Both the position numbers and the translations under genes were made by a program. This document shows, piece by piece, positions 27,421-35,938 of a stretch of DNA of 35,938 nucleotides. This stretch comes from an uncultured Lachnospiraceae bacterium (GTDB lineage: Bacteria; Bacillota; Clostridia; Lachnospirales; Lachnospiraceae). The stretch's first letter is position 1. Each line of letters begins with the position of its first letter. The DNA lies in the NCBI GenBank assembly GCA_900320825.1, contig ONTX01000108.1, positions 1 to 35,938 on the forward strand, in the 5' to 3' direction. The notes under the pieces were generated by a model. The model was not told the origin of the DNA and did no database searches. It was given only the letters and a program-made list of their open reading frames with translations.

Positions 27421-28529
27421 CAAAACTCTCAACAACAAAACTTGAGCCCGGCATGATCGTCGGAAGTGATGTCCTCAATTACGATAACAAGACCGTTATC
27501 GCCAAGGGAACAAAGCTTTCCCAGACACTTATCACAAGGCTTGAATTATACGGAATCCTCAGCATATATGTTGAGGATGTTCCTGCTGCTTCCGGGGAAA
27601 AAAACGGGGAAGAGTCCTCGGAAGAAAAACAGTCCGCACCTCTTTCCGAGGATGCGTCCCATCTTGAGAAACTCAAAGACAGTGAGCTTTTCAAAGAGTT
27701 TAAAAATAATTACGAGGAAAGCAAGAAATCTCTTGAATTCCACGTAAGTGAGATGGTCAACAAGAATGTTGAAGTGGATCCTGTCATGCTCCTTGAGGGG
27801 CCTCTTGATATGATCTCCAAGGCCGGTTCAAGGGCATCTGTCATTGATATGCTTCATGCAATGAGAGGATTCGACGATTCTACATTTGCCCACTGTATGA
27901 ACGTTGCGCTTCTTAACTACGTTGTTGCTGACTGGCTCAAGTGGAATAAAACCGATATGGAAATGGCCATGATGTGCGGCATTCTCTTTGATATCGGAAA
28001 GCTTAAGGTTCCCAGGGATGTTCTCAACAAAAAAACACCCCTTGATGAAGCTGAACTGAAAGAAGTAAGAAGACATGCCGAGTATGGATATCAGATCCTC
28101 AAGGATAAGAATCTGCCCGACCATGTTAAGAATACTACCATCATGCATCACGAGAGAGCGGACGGAAGCGGTTATCCTCTTAAGGTAAAGGGAGACAAGA
28201 TCGATCTTTTCGCACGTCTTACAGCTGTGACTGATGTCTATGATGCAATGACCAGTGCCAGAGTTTACAGAGCTCCTATCTGTCCTTTCAAGGTGGTTGA
28301 GATCTTCGAAGATGAAGGTCTTGAAAAGTATGATCCCGATATCATCATGACATTCCTCAAGAATGTTACCTATACATATATCCAGAATAAGTGCAGGCTC
28401 TCCGATGGCAGGGAAGGTACGATAATAATGCTTAACACCGGCGAGTATTCAAGACCGGTCGTTAAGTGCGGCAACACATTTATCGATCTTGCAAAGCATA
28501 AAGAGATAAGTATTGAAGCGTTGATCTGA
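27417..28529 (+). CDS. HD-GYP domain protein with degenerate HD motif
   Basis: HCMNV, GILFDIGK, HHERADGSGYP, DVYDAMTS.R.YR; ATGA overlap with prfB. Confidence 0.88.
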   Translation: MTKLSTTKLEPGMIVGSDVLNYDNKTVIAKGTKLSQTLITRLELYGILSIYVEDVPAASGEKNGEESSEEKQSAPLSEDASHLEKLKDSELFKEFKNNYEESKKSLEFHVSEMVNKNVEVDPVMLLEGPLDMISKAGSRASVIDMLHAMRGFDDSTFAHCMNVALLNYVVADWLKWNKTDMEMAMMCGILFDIGKLKVPRDVLNKKTPLDEAELKEVRRHAEYGYQILKDKNLPDHVKNTTIMHHERADGSGYPLKVKGDKIDLFARLTAVTDVYDAMTSARVYRAPICPFKVVEIFEDEGLEKYDPDIIMTFLKNVTYTYIQNKCRLSDGREGTIIMLNTGEYSRPVVKCGNTFIDLAKHKEISIEALI

Positions 28530-28540
28530 GAAAAAAGAAT

Positions 28541-28573
28541 GCGGCATCCGCGAAATGCGGATGCCGTTTTTTT
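28541..28573. terminator. Intrinsic terminator between convergent genes
   Basis: GCGGCATCCGC-GAAAT-GCGGATGCCGT plus T-tract; A-run at 28531-28536. Confidence 0.88.
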
Positions 28574-29366
28574 ATACCCTTTCGTCGATCTTAACGTAAT
28601 GATCGGGGTTCATGAGATTCAGGAAAAAGAGGGATCTGCTTTCTTCCACTATCGGATATATCCATAAAAATCCTATTCCGAATGACAGTATCCCGAGAAG
28701 TGCAAGGGGGATGAATCTGAGCTCCAAAGCAAGGAGTCTTGCTTTGTGTCCCTGCATTTTCTTTCTGGTGATCCCCATTGTCTCGGTCGCGGAAAATCCG
28801 GGGAAATCCAGCATCATGTAATATGAAAGACCGAAGTTAAGATGCATCCATATTGCGCAGATGAATGCCAGTAAAATGAATGCTATGGCAAGATACAGAT
28901 ATTTTTTGTCCGAGGTGAGAGTGTGGAGTTCCACAAAGATATTAAAAGGTATGGACAGAATCAGTACCGGTGCATATAGAAGCAATGATATCTTAAATAC
29001 CTTCTGAGGATCGTTTCTGAAACCGTAAAAAAGGTCACCGCTCATGACCTGCATCCCTGTTGCTGTCTTAAGGAAAAACAGACAAAGGCCTGCGGCAAAC
29101 ATATCACCTATGAGCGAAAACAGAGCCGCGATAAGTGTTGTGATCACAACATAACAGATATCGGCTTCCGTTGTTATGTCTGTGGCAGAAAAAATGGGGA
29201 TCTTTGAGATAAAAGAAGATATGATCTCTCCGCTGAAAGTGATGAGATATACCCATATGACATATGAGAGGGATATCATTACGGCACCGGTGAATTTTCC
29301 CGTCATTATTCCGGTTGCCTGCGCTTTAAGATCTTTTGCGGAACGATAATTATACTGCTGCGTCAA
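28572..29366 (-). CDS. DUF975-family integral membrane protein
   Basis: LKAQA N-terminus, DLFYGF, MQGHK.RL..L.L.F, GIGFLWIYP; TTG start after GAAGGA. Confidence 0.75.
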   Translation of the reverse strand: MTQQYNYRSAKDLKAQATGIMTGKFTGAVMISLSYVIWVYLITFSGEIISSFISKIPIFSATDITTEADICYVVITTLIAALFSLIGDMFAAGLCLFFLKTATGMQVMSGDLFYGFRNDPQKVFKISLLLYAPVLILSIPFNIFVELHTLTSDKKYLYLAIAFILLAFICAIWMHLNFGLSYYMMLDFPGFSATETMGITRKKMQGHKARLLALELRFIPLALLGILSFGIGFLWIYPIVEESRSLFFLNLMNPDHYVKIDERV

Positions 29367-29841
29367 AGTTCATTCCTTCCGTTGCCTGTCTGTCCGCACT
29401 TTTTCTGTTTTTCTGGTACGGATTTTCTTCGTTGGGATAGGCAATACGTGTTTTTGTGGTTCCGCCCGAAATATAGGTACGTCCGCACTCGGGACAGATG
29501 GCAGTATGTATGGAAACGGATGCCTGAAGCACCTTGCCTCCTTTTTCGGAGGCTTTTTTATATGCATTGGAAACATGCTCCTGCTCATGTGCACGGACTC
29601 TGGATCCGGCAGAGGTAGGAGATATGTGCTGCGCCGATTTAAAAGATACGTTCTCGTCGGAGCCGTCCTGGTATTTTCTTTCTTTACAAGTCTGGCACTC
29701 GGCCTTGTTGACACGGCCGGGCTTCCCCATTTTTATCGCAGATTCCTCGGCGGGGGTAACGGTGGGGCCTGCTATGCGTCTGACAGTTGCATCGCTGTAG
29801 CCGGGTATGCTGTTTGAGACGGAACCGATCCGCAGGCTCAT
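29350..29841 (-). CDS. Hypothetical protein with two CxxC pairs and HExxH (SprA-related-like)
   Basis: SD AAGGAG; CQTC, VRAHEQEH, CPECG..Y.SGG. Confidence 0.7.
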   Translation of the reverse strand: MSLRIGSVSNSIPGYSDATVRRIAGPTVTPAEESAIKMGKPGRVNKAECQTCKERKYQDGSDENVSFKSAQHISPTSAGSRVRAHEQEHVSNAYKKASEKGGKVLQASVSIHTAICPECGRTYISGGTTKTRIAYPNEENPYQKNRKSADRQATEGMNFDAAV

Positions 29842-29856
29842 AACCTTACTCCTTTC

Positions 29857-30201
29857 TCAGAATCCGTTCATATACTTGTAGAAGTCCGGGTAAAGCTCGT
29901 TTATCTGATCCCAGACTGAAGGGTCATATAAGATCCGGTATATGGCTATTGCCGAGAGGGCAAGACCAATAACCATGCCGGTGATTGAAAGCACCATTCC
30001 GGTCAGAGCGGAGGATCCGAGGTTTTCCCCGTTTTTTCTGCTCAGGATTGAAAAAATAACTCCCAGAGCACCGAAGGGTATCGCAAGAATACCGGTACAA
30101 AGTAAAACCGTGGATAATATGCCCATTACCAAAGATGCGGTCCCGAAGGAATTCCTTGCTTTGTCGGGATTATATGCACTGTATTCGGAACTGTTCTCCA
30201 C
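29857..30201 (-). CDS. DUF4190-like small two-TM membrane protein
   Basis: ASLVMGILS...GVIFSILS...ALTGMVLSITG pattern; GTG start after GGAG. Confidence 0.7.
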   Translation of the reverse strand: MENSSEYSAYNPDKARNSFGTASLVMGILSTVLLCTGILAIPFGALGVIFSILSRKNGENLGSSALTGMVLSITGMVIGLALSAIAIYRILYDPSVWDQINELYPDFYKYMNGF

Positions 30202-30256
30202 TGCTTTTCTCCAATTTATGTATACCTAAATTAAATTTATCATTATTTTAAGCCTA

Positions 30257-30285
30257 TTGCAATAATCGGAGGCTTATTATACAAT
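30257..30285 (+). promoter_or_regulatory. Sigma-A promoter of FMN riboswitch-ribU
   Basis: TTGCAA (30257-30262), 17 nt, TACAAT (30280-30285). Confidence 0.7.
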
Positions 30286-30328
30286 GACAGAGTCGTTAAA
30301 GAAATCACAAAGTGGTTTCCTTAACATG

Positions 30329-30446
30329 TAACTTCAGGGTTAGGTGAAATTCCTTACTGGCGGTAAAGTCCGCGAACCCATTTAAAATAAATGGGCCGAA
30401 TCGGTGAAACTCCGGTACCAACGGTATAGTCCGGATGAAAGAAGGA
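30329..30446 (+). ncRNA. FMN riboswitch (RFN element)
   Basis: CTTCAGGGTTAGGTGAAATTCCTTACTGGCGGTAAAGTCCGCGA...CGGTGAAACTCCGGTACCAACGGTATAGTCCGGATGAAAGAAG matches the RFN consensus; upstream of an ECF S-component. Confidence 0.95.
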
Positions 30447-30457
30447 GGAAATTTAAT

Positions 30458-31216
30458 ATGAGTAGTCTTATGTCACAGGTTGTTTCGAATGCTCTGTATG
30501 TGGTAAGTTTTCTGCTTATCATTGCGGGGCTTTTTGTTTTGTCCGTGCTGGTGGAGAAAGTGCTGGATCACAGGAATAAGAGCACGGAAAAAACATCTCC
30601 GGCAAGAAAAGTCGCTTTTATCGGCCTTCTGTCGGCTCTTTCTGCAGTTCTCATGCTTTTCGAGATCCCCATGCCTTTTGCTCCGTTTTTCTATAAACTG
30701 GATCTTTCCGAACTTCCGGTTCTGATCGGTGCATTTGCATTCGGTCCTGCAGCGGGAGTCCTTATTGAGTTCATGAAGATAGTTCTCAAGCTTTTCATGA
30801 AATCCACATCCACCGCATTTGTGGGCGAACTTGCCAATTTCGCTGTTGGATCGTCCTTTATCATCCCTGCGGCGTCCGTTTATTACGCAAAAAAGACCAA
30901 GAAGAATGCAGCGGTTGCCTGCATTATAGGAACGGTTTGCATAACGCTTTTCGGAACCTTTTTTAACGCGGTTTATCTGCTTCCCGCATTTTCCAAACTT
31001 TTTGGAATGCCCCTTGAAGCAATACTTGCCATGGGTGCCGAGGTAAATCCTCTCGCAGGAGACAATATAATGACCTTCGTTATCGCCTGTGTGGCACCCC
31101 TTAACCTGATAAAGGGATTGGTGAATTCAGGTCTGACCCTGCTTGTATACAAGAAGATCTCCCCTGTATTAAAGGGAGCGGGAATCCATTTGGAAACAGA
31201 TAAAAAACCGGCATAA
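30458..31216 (+). CDS. ribU: Riboflavin ECF transporter S component with N-terminal extension
   Basis: SD GGAGG before ATG 30458; FYKLDLSELP, GP.AG, VGELANF, LLP.F, PLNLIKG; FMN riboswitch upstream. Confidence 0.88.
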   Translation: MSSLMSQVVSNALYVVSFLLIIAGLFVLSVLVEKVLDHRNKSTEKTSPARKVAFIGLLSALSAVLMLFEIPMPFAPFFYKLDLSELPVLIGAFAFGPAAGVLIEFMKIVLKLFMKSTSTAFVGELANFAVGSSFIIPAASVYYAKKTKKNAAVACIIGTVCITLFGTFFNAVYLLPAFSKLFGMPLEAILAMGAEVNPLAGDNIMTFVIACVAPLNLIKGLVNSGLTLLVYKKISPVLKGAGIHLETDKKPA

Positions 31217-31250
31217 AAACAGCAAAAAATATAACCTTGAAGAGTATATG

Positions 31251-31289
31251 GCAATGTGCGGCAGAGGGCGTCGCACATTGCTTTTTTTT
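31251..31289 (+). terminator. Intrinsic terminator after ribU
   Basis: GCAATGTGCGGC...GTCGCACATTGC then T8. Confidence 0.9.
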
Positions 31290-31373
31290 GCCTTTTAAGA
31301 TAGAATAAAGTGATATTGTGTGATAACTGTGCCCATATGTTTTTTCCATAATTTACGGGAGTTTTTTTGAAAA

Positions 31374-31850
31374 ATGATCGAATTTGATGTAAAGATCTCA
31401 TCCGGAGATCTGTATGATTACAATCTGAAATATACATACGGGAAATTTATAAATATTTTTGCCGAGATAGTGGGCTTTCTTGCAGTGGTGTACGGCATAT
31501 ATTCAGCCAATTACCCCCTTGCGATCATCGGCTTTTTCGTTGTCATTTACCTTCCGGTCACATTGTGGATCAGAAGCTCCCAGACAGCGATCCTCACTCC
31601 CGCTTTCAAGGAGCCTCTTCACTACGTGCTTTCAGACGAAGGGATCACCGTTTCCCAGAAGGAGTCTTCCGAGACGGTGGAGTGGGATAAGTGCATTAAG
31701 GCGGTTTCTACATCAAGGAGTATCCTTGTTTTTACATCCAGGACCAGTGCCAGCATTTTCCCCAGAAAGCAGCTGGGTGACAAGACAGTTCCGCTGATAC
31801 AGTGTATTTCCAGGAATATGCCTTCTGACAGGGTGAATATAAAATGCTGA
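31374..31850 (+). CDS. YcxB-family membrane protein
   Basis: Two TM helices, then Y.LSDEGI, VEW...K, IFPR C-terminal domain. Confidence 0.7.
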   Translation: MIEFDVKISSGDLYDYNLKYTYGKFINIFAEIVGFLAVVYGIYSANYPLAIIGFFVVIYLPVTLWIRSSQTAILTPAFKEPLHYVLSDEGITVSQKESSETVEWDKCIKAVSTSRSILVFTSRTSASIFPRKQLGDKTVPLIQCISRNMPSDRVNIKC

Positions 31851-32314
31851 CTGACAGTCCTGAAAAAGAGATGTCCGCCGGTGCCGGATATGTATATGAA
31901 TCATATTCACGTGACGATACCTTTGCCTTCGGTAAAAAGATCGCCGAAGAAACGGATAGTCCGGGAGTATTTGTCCTTGAGGGAGACCTCGGTGCGGGAA
32001 AGACGGTTTTTGCCAAAGGTTTTGCACAGGGACTCGGGATCGCTGAAACGGTAACCAGCCCTACTTTTACCATAATGCAGGTTTACGAGGGACCGGGCCG
32101 CACGCTTTATCATTACGATGCATACAGGATAGAGGATCCTGCTGAACTGGAGGAGATAGGCTATACCGATTATTTTTACGGAGACGGTATATGCCTGATC
32201 GAATGGGCAGGAAATATTGTTTCTTATCTGCCTGAGCACTACACTTGCGTGGCCATTGAAAGAGACGAAAACAAGGGGCCTGATTACCGCAAGATAACAG
32301 TTAAGAAGATTTGA
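31844..32314 (+). CDS. tsaE: t6A biosynthesis ATPase TsaE
   Basis: GDLGAGKT, SPTF, HYDAYR, IEW. Confidence 0.95.
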   Translation: MLTDSPEKEMSAGAGYVYESYSRDDTFAFGKKIAEETDSPGVFVLEGDLGAGKTVFAKGFAQGLGIAETVTSPTFTIMQVYEGPGRTLYHYDAYRIEDPAELEEIGYTDYFYGDGICLIEWAGNIVSYLPEHYTCVAIERDENKGPDYRKITVKKI

Positions 32315-32315
32315 T

Positions 32316-33065
32316 ATGAAGATACTTGCCATCGATTCGTCGGGGCTGGTCGCCACTGCGGCGATCTGGGAAGGAGATTCTTTCGGAAATGAAGGAAGGA
32401 TCCTTGCGAAAAGCTCCACCGATTACAAAAAAACACATTCTCAGACACTGCTCCCCATGATAGACAGACTGTGCAAGGATACAGACTGTAATGCGGAGAG
32501 TTTTGATGCTGTGGCGATCTCTTCCGGCCCGGGTTCCTTTACGGGGCTCAGGATCGGCTCTGCAACGGCGAAGGCAATTGCTCTGGCATCGGATATTCCG
32601 GTTATCGAAGTTCCCACGCTGTTGGGGCTTGCATACAATTTTTGGGGAAGTGACAGGATCATATGCCCCCTTATGGATGCCAGAAGAAATCAGGTATATA
32701 CGGGGCTTTACACTTTTGAAAAGGGAGGGCCGGTTACGATCGAAGATCAGACAGCCATAAGTCTTGAAGAGATACTTGATAAAGCCCGCAGGGAATCGGA
32801 AAAAAGAGACAAAGCCGTGATCTTTTTAGGAGACGGGGCGGATGCTTACCGTGAAGAGATAAAAAAGAATGCGGATTTTGAATATGAATTTGCTCCCGCC
32901 CACTTGAACAGACAGGATGCATCATCCGTTGCGGTACCGGCTGCCAAAATGTTTGGAAAAGGTCAGACCGTAAGTGCAGATGATCACAAACCTGTTTATC
33001 TGAGAACTTCCCAGGCTGAAAGGGAAGGGGCAAAGAATTTTGATCTTAGGAGTTCTGTTTCCTGA
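32316..33065 (+). CDS. tsaB: t6A biosynthesis protein TsaB
   Basis: ILAIDSS, HSQTLLP, GPGSFTGLRIG, DARR, P.YLR.SQAE. Confidence 0.95.
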   Translation: MKILAIDSSGLVATAAIWEGDSFGNEGRILAKSSTDYKKTHSQTLLPMIDRLCKDTDCNAESFDAVAISSGPGSFTGLRIGSATAKAIALASDIPVIEVPTLLGLAYNFWGSDRIICPLMDARRNQVYTGLYTFEKGGPVTIEDQTAISLEEILDKARRESEKRDKAVIFLGDGADAYREEIKKNADFEYEFAPAHLNRQDASSVAVPAAKMFGKGQTVSADDHKPVYLRTSQAEREGAKNFDLRSSVS

Positions 33066-33110
33066 AACAAGGTTACCGGCAGACTGTATCCAAAAAGGGA
33101 GGACCGGAAG

Positions 33111-33584
33111 ATGAGTGCAGGATTTACCAAATTGAAGATCAGGCGTATGGAGGTGAGCGATATAGCGCCTCTTGCAAATATTGAGCAGCAGTGTTTTTCA
33201 AGACCCTGGTCTGCAAAGGAATTCGGACATCTGGTAGAAACAACGGATGCTCTTTATCTTGTTGCGGAAGTTACCTGTGATGACGGTTCGAGGAAAATAG
33301 TCGGAACCGCGGGAATGAGGATCATAGGCGCTGAAGGCGATATCGATAATGTCGCAGTTCTTCCCGGGTACAGGAATAAGGGCATTGCAGGTGCTCTTAT
33401 GGATGAGCTTCTTAAGATCGCAAGAGAAAAGGGTGCAGAGGAATTTACCCTGGAAGTCAGAGTGAGTAACGATGCCGCGATAAAGGTTTATGAAAATGCG
33501 GGATTTGTAAGTGAAGGGATCAGGCCCGGATTCTATGAAGATCCCAAAGAAGACGCAAATATAATGTGGATCCGCAAGAAATGA
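33111..33584 (+). CDS. rimI: Ribosomal protein S18 N-acetyltransferase
   Basis: PWS, NVAV...RNKGIA, LEVRVSN, Y...GF, YEDPKEDA; in the tsa operon. Confidence 0.88.
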   Translation: MSAGFTKLKIRRMEVSDIAPLANIEQQCFSRPWSAKEFGHLVETTDALYLVAEVTCDDGSRKIVGTAGMRIIGAEGDIDNVAVLPGYRNKGIAGALMDELLKIAREKGAEEFTLEVRVSNDAAIKVYENAGFVSEGIRPGFYEDPKEDANIMWIRKK

Positions 33585-33611
33585 CCTTGGGATCCGGTTT
33601 CGGAGTTTTTA

Positions 33612-34520
33612 ATGGTAGATGTAACACTTCTTGGAACAGGAGGCATGATGCCTCTTCCATACAGGTGGCTGACCTCGCTGATGGTCAGATATAACGGAAG
33701 TTCTCTTCTTATCGATTGCGGTGAGGGAACCCAGATTGCAATGAGGGAGAGAGGATGGAGTGCTAATCCCATAGATGTGATCTGTTTTACACATTATCAC
33801 GCAGATCACATAAGCGGGCTTCCGGGACTGCTCCTGGATATGGCCAATTCGGACAGGACGGATCCTGTTACCATCATCGGTCCCAAGGGACTTGCAAGAG
33901 TTGTATCGGGACTCAGAGTTATAGCTCCGGAGCTTCCCTTTGATATTGAACTTAAGGAGTTTTCCGGACAGGGGGAAACCTTTGAATTATTCGGATATAC
34001 TTTGAAATCTTTCAGGGTTAATCACAGCGTTCCGTGCTACGGATATACCTTTGAGATTGCAAGAGCGGGACGCTTTGATAAAGATGCCGCCGAGGCAAAC
34101 GGTATTCCTCTTGAATACTGGGGCAGGCTTCAAAAGGGGGAGACCGTGACAAACGGCGATGTGACATACGAGCCGTCGATGGTCTTAGGACCTGCCAGAA
34201 AAGGTATCAAGGTATCCTATTGTACCGACACAAGGCCGGTGGAATCCATATCCGAAAATATATCGGGAAGTGATCTTTGCATTCTTGAGGGAATGTACGG
34301 GGATGCGGAAGATTACGAGAAGGCTGTTAAGAAAAAACATATGACAATGCAGGAAGCTGCAAAGCTGGCAAAGGATGCGGATGTGTCCGAACTGTGGCTT
34401 ACGCATTTTTCACCTGCAATGGGCAGGGCAGACAGATTTGCGGATGAAATAAAGGGCATTTTTGAAAATGCCGTGATTCCCAAGGACGGAAGAACTACAG
34501 AACTCAATTTTGAGGAATAA
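33612..34520 (+). CDS. rnz: Ribonuclease Z
   Basis: LGTGG..P, DCGEGTQ, THYHADH, exosite, DTRP, HMT, THFS. Confidence 0.93.
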   Translation: MVDVTLLGTGGMMPLPYRWLTSLMVRYNGSSLLIDCGEGTQIAMRERGWSANPIDVICFTHYHADHISGLPGLLLDMANSDRTDPVTIIGPKGLARVVSGLRVIAPELPFDIELKEFSGQGETFELFGYTLKSFRVNHSVPCYGYTFEIARAGRFDKDAAEANGIPLEYWGRLQKGETVTNGDVTYEPSMVLGPARKGIKVSYCTDTRPVESISENISGSDLCILEGMYGDAEDYEKAVKKKHMTMQEAAKLAKDADVSELWLTHFSPAMGRADRFADEIKGIFENAVIPKDGRTTELNFEE

Positions 34521-34536
34521 GACCGGGAAGGATCCC

Positions 34537-35220
34537 ATGAAGTCAAAACAGGTCAGGGTTACAATTATCATACTGGTTCTGGTTTTTGGCCTGGTCGGAT
34601 ACTATTCTTATCTGGCGGGGAGAGTTAAGGGCAGAAATAAGGACGCATCGATGACGGCTGTGGAAAAGGCGCTTTCCAGAGACCTTGTTTCCGATTATCC
34701 TCCTACACCCAGAGAAGTGATGAAATATTATAACGAGATCATGATGTGCTATTACTCAGATGAAGTTACCGATGAAGAGGTGGATTCTCTGGGAGTAAGA
34801 GCCCGTGAGCTTTTCGATCCGGATCTTCAGTCCATAAATGAAACCGGATCATATCTTGTAAGACTTCATAGCGACATTAATGAATTCAGGGAAGCGGGTA
34901 AAAAAATCTCCAATCCTTCCGTTGCATCTTCTACAAATGTTGATTACTACGAGAGGAACGGATACCAGTTTGCAAGGCTTCTTTGCACATACAATATAAA
35001 TGAAAACGGCACCAGCTACACTCTGAAGCAGGTTTATCTCCTGCGGAAGGATTCTTCCGACAAACGCTGGAAGATATTCGGATGGGATCTTCTTGAAAAT
35101 GTGGATCTGACAGGAGAAAAGAGTCAGGCTGCCGGGTCAGGTGCCGGCACAGGTGACAATACCGAAATGACAGGTGAGGACGGAAGCCTGTCGTTCTCGG
35201 AAGAAAACAGTGAACCATGA
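34537..35220 (+). CDS. Membrane-anchored hypothetical protein (DUF6715-like)
   Basis: N-terminal TM helix; [16 protein letters not shown]...WKIFGW; start ATG 34537 or TTG 34510. Confidence 0.65.
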   Translation: MKSKQVRVTIIILVLVFGLVGYYSYLAGRVKGRNKDASMTAVEKALSRDLVSDYPPTPREVMKYYNEIMMCYYSDEVTDEEVDSLGVRARELFDPDLQSINETGSYLVRLHSDINEFREAGKKISNPSVASSTNVDYYERNGYQFARLLCTYNINENGTSYTLKQVYLLRKDSSDKRWKIFGWDLLENVDLTGEKSQAAGSGAGTGDNTEMTGEDGSLSFSEENSEP

Positions 35221-35938
35221 GTTTTGATTTAAAAGACAATTCGCAGCTTCTTGTGCTGGGTATAGAATCGTCCTGTGACGAAACCGCTGCATCCGTTGTG
35301 AAAGGATGCAGGGAAATATTATCCAATGTCATTTATTCCCAGATAGATCTTCATACGGTCTACGGAGGAGTTGTTCCCGAGATTGCATCCAGAGGGCATA
35401 TCGAAAAGATCAATCAGGTCGTAAAAGGCGCTCTTGATGAAGCGGGCGTATCATTAAAGGATATTGACGCTATTGCGGTTACGTACGGTCCCGGCCTTGT
35501 CGGGGCTCTTCTTGTGGGCGTTGCTCATGCTAAGGCGCTGGGATGGGCAGCGGGAATACCTGTTGTAGGTGTTAATCACATAGAAGGTCATATATGTGCA
35601 AATTATATCGATAACTCCGGCCTTGAGCCGCCTTTTATGTGCCTTGTTGCATCCGGAGGTCACTCACACCTTGTTAATGTTAATGATTACGGAGAGTATG
35701 AGATAATCGCAAGAACCCGGGATGATGCTGCCGGAGAGGCATTTGACAAGGTGGCAAGAGCTATAGGACTCGGATATCCCGGTGGCCCCAAGATAGATAA
35801 GGAAGCAAAAAAAGGAAATCCTGATGCCATTGCTTTTCCAAGAGCAAATGTCAGGGAAAACGAATACGATTTTTCATTCAGCGGACTTAAGTCTGCTGTC
35901 CTTAATTATCTGAATGCCTGTAACATGAAGGGCGAATC
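35217..35938 (+). CDS. tsaD: t6A transferase TsaD, 3' end outside the window
   Basis: Own translation from ATG 35217: [56 protein letters not shown]. Confidence 0.96.
   Translation, partial: MSFDLKDNSQLLVLGIESSCDETAASVVKGCREILSNVIYSQIDLHTVYGGVVPEIASRGHIEKINQVVKGALDEAGVSLKDIDAIAVTYGPGLVGALLVGVAHAKALGWAAGIPVVGVNHIEGHICANYIDNSGLEPPFMCLVASGGHSHLVNVNDYGEYEIIARTRDDAAGEAFDKVARAIGLGYPGGPKIDKEAKKGNPDAIAFPRANVRENEYDFSFSGLKSAVLNYLNACNMKGE

Noticed and set aside
30263-30290. Sigma-D-like -10 (TCCGATTA, minus strand) for the DUF4190 unit
   Set aside because: No TAAA -35 at the proper spacing.
30404-30457. GTG-start extension of ribU in the ORF track
   Set aside because: Lies inside the FMN aptamer; SD supports ATG 30458.
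1-35938. CRISPR arrays, tRNA/rRNA, IS elements, prophage genes, tandem repeats
   Set aside because: None recognised by eye; intergenic gaps are short and explained by promoters, terminators and the riboswitch.

Overview
Mostly core-genome DNA from an anaerobic Firmicute; gene content and order suggest Lachnospiraceae (Butyrivibrio-like), which is an inference. In order: a heterodimeric ABC exporter, a phosphohexomutase, a MATE-DUF218(YdcF/ElyC) fusion, a small AT-rich XRE/MazE-tail + PemK/MazF-like two-gene module, ptb-buk, a minus-strand HAD/Wzz-Wzc-like/EpsG/DUF3298-lipoprotein unit, plsC, a LacI-controlled uxaC/uxaB/uxaA galacturonate locus, a TIM-barrel epimerase, secA-prfB-HD-GYP, three small minus-strand genes, an FMN riboswitch-ribU unit and ycxB-tsaE-tsaB-rimI-rnz-(membrane protein)-tsaD (truncated). 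I saw no rRNA, tRNA, CRISPR array or transposase. The best candidate for an undescribed system is 7981-8723: an antitoxin with an XRE HTH in place of the AbrB domain but a MazE C-terminal tail, paired with a shortened MazF-fold protein lacking the canonical catalytic Arg and Thr. Other oddities: the MATE-DUF218 fusion, prfB without its programmed frameshift, an HD-GYP protein with FD for HD, a Wzc-like pseudokinase tail, face-to-face promoters, and an FMN riboswitch whose anti-SD seems to lie 5' of the aptamer. All family calls come from motif recognition by eye; no searches were run.
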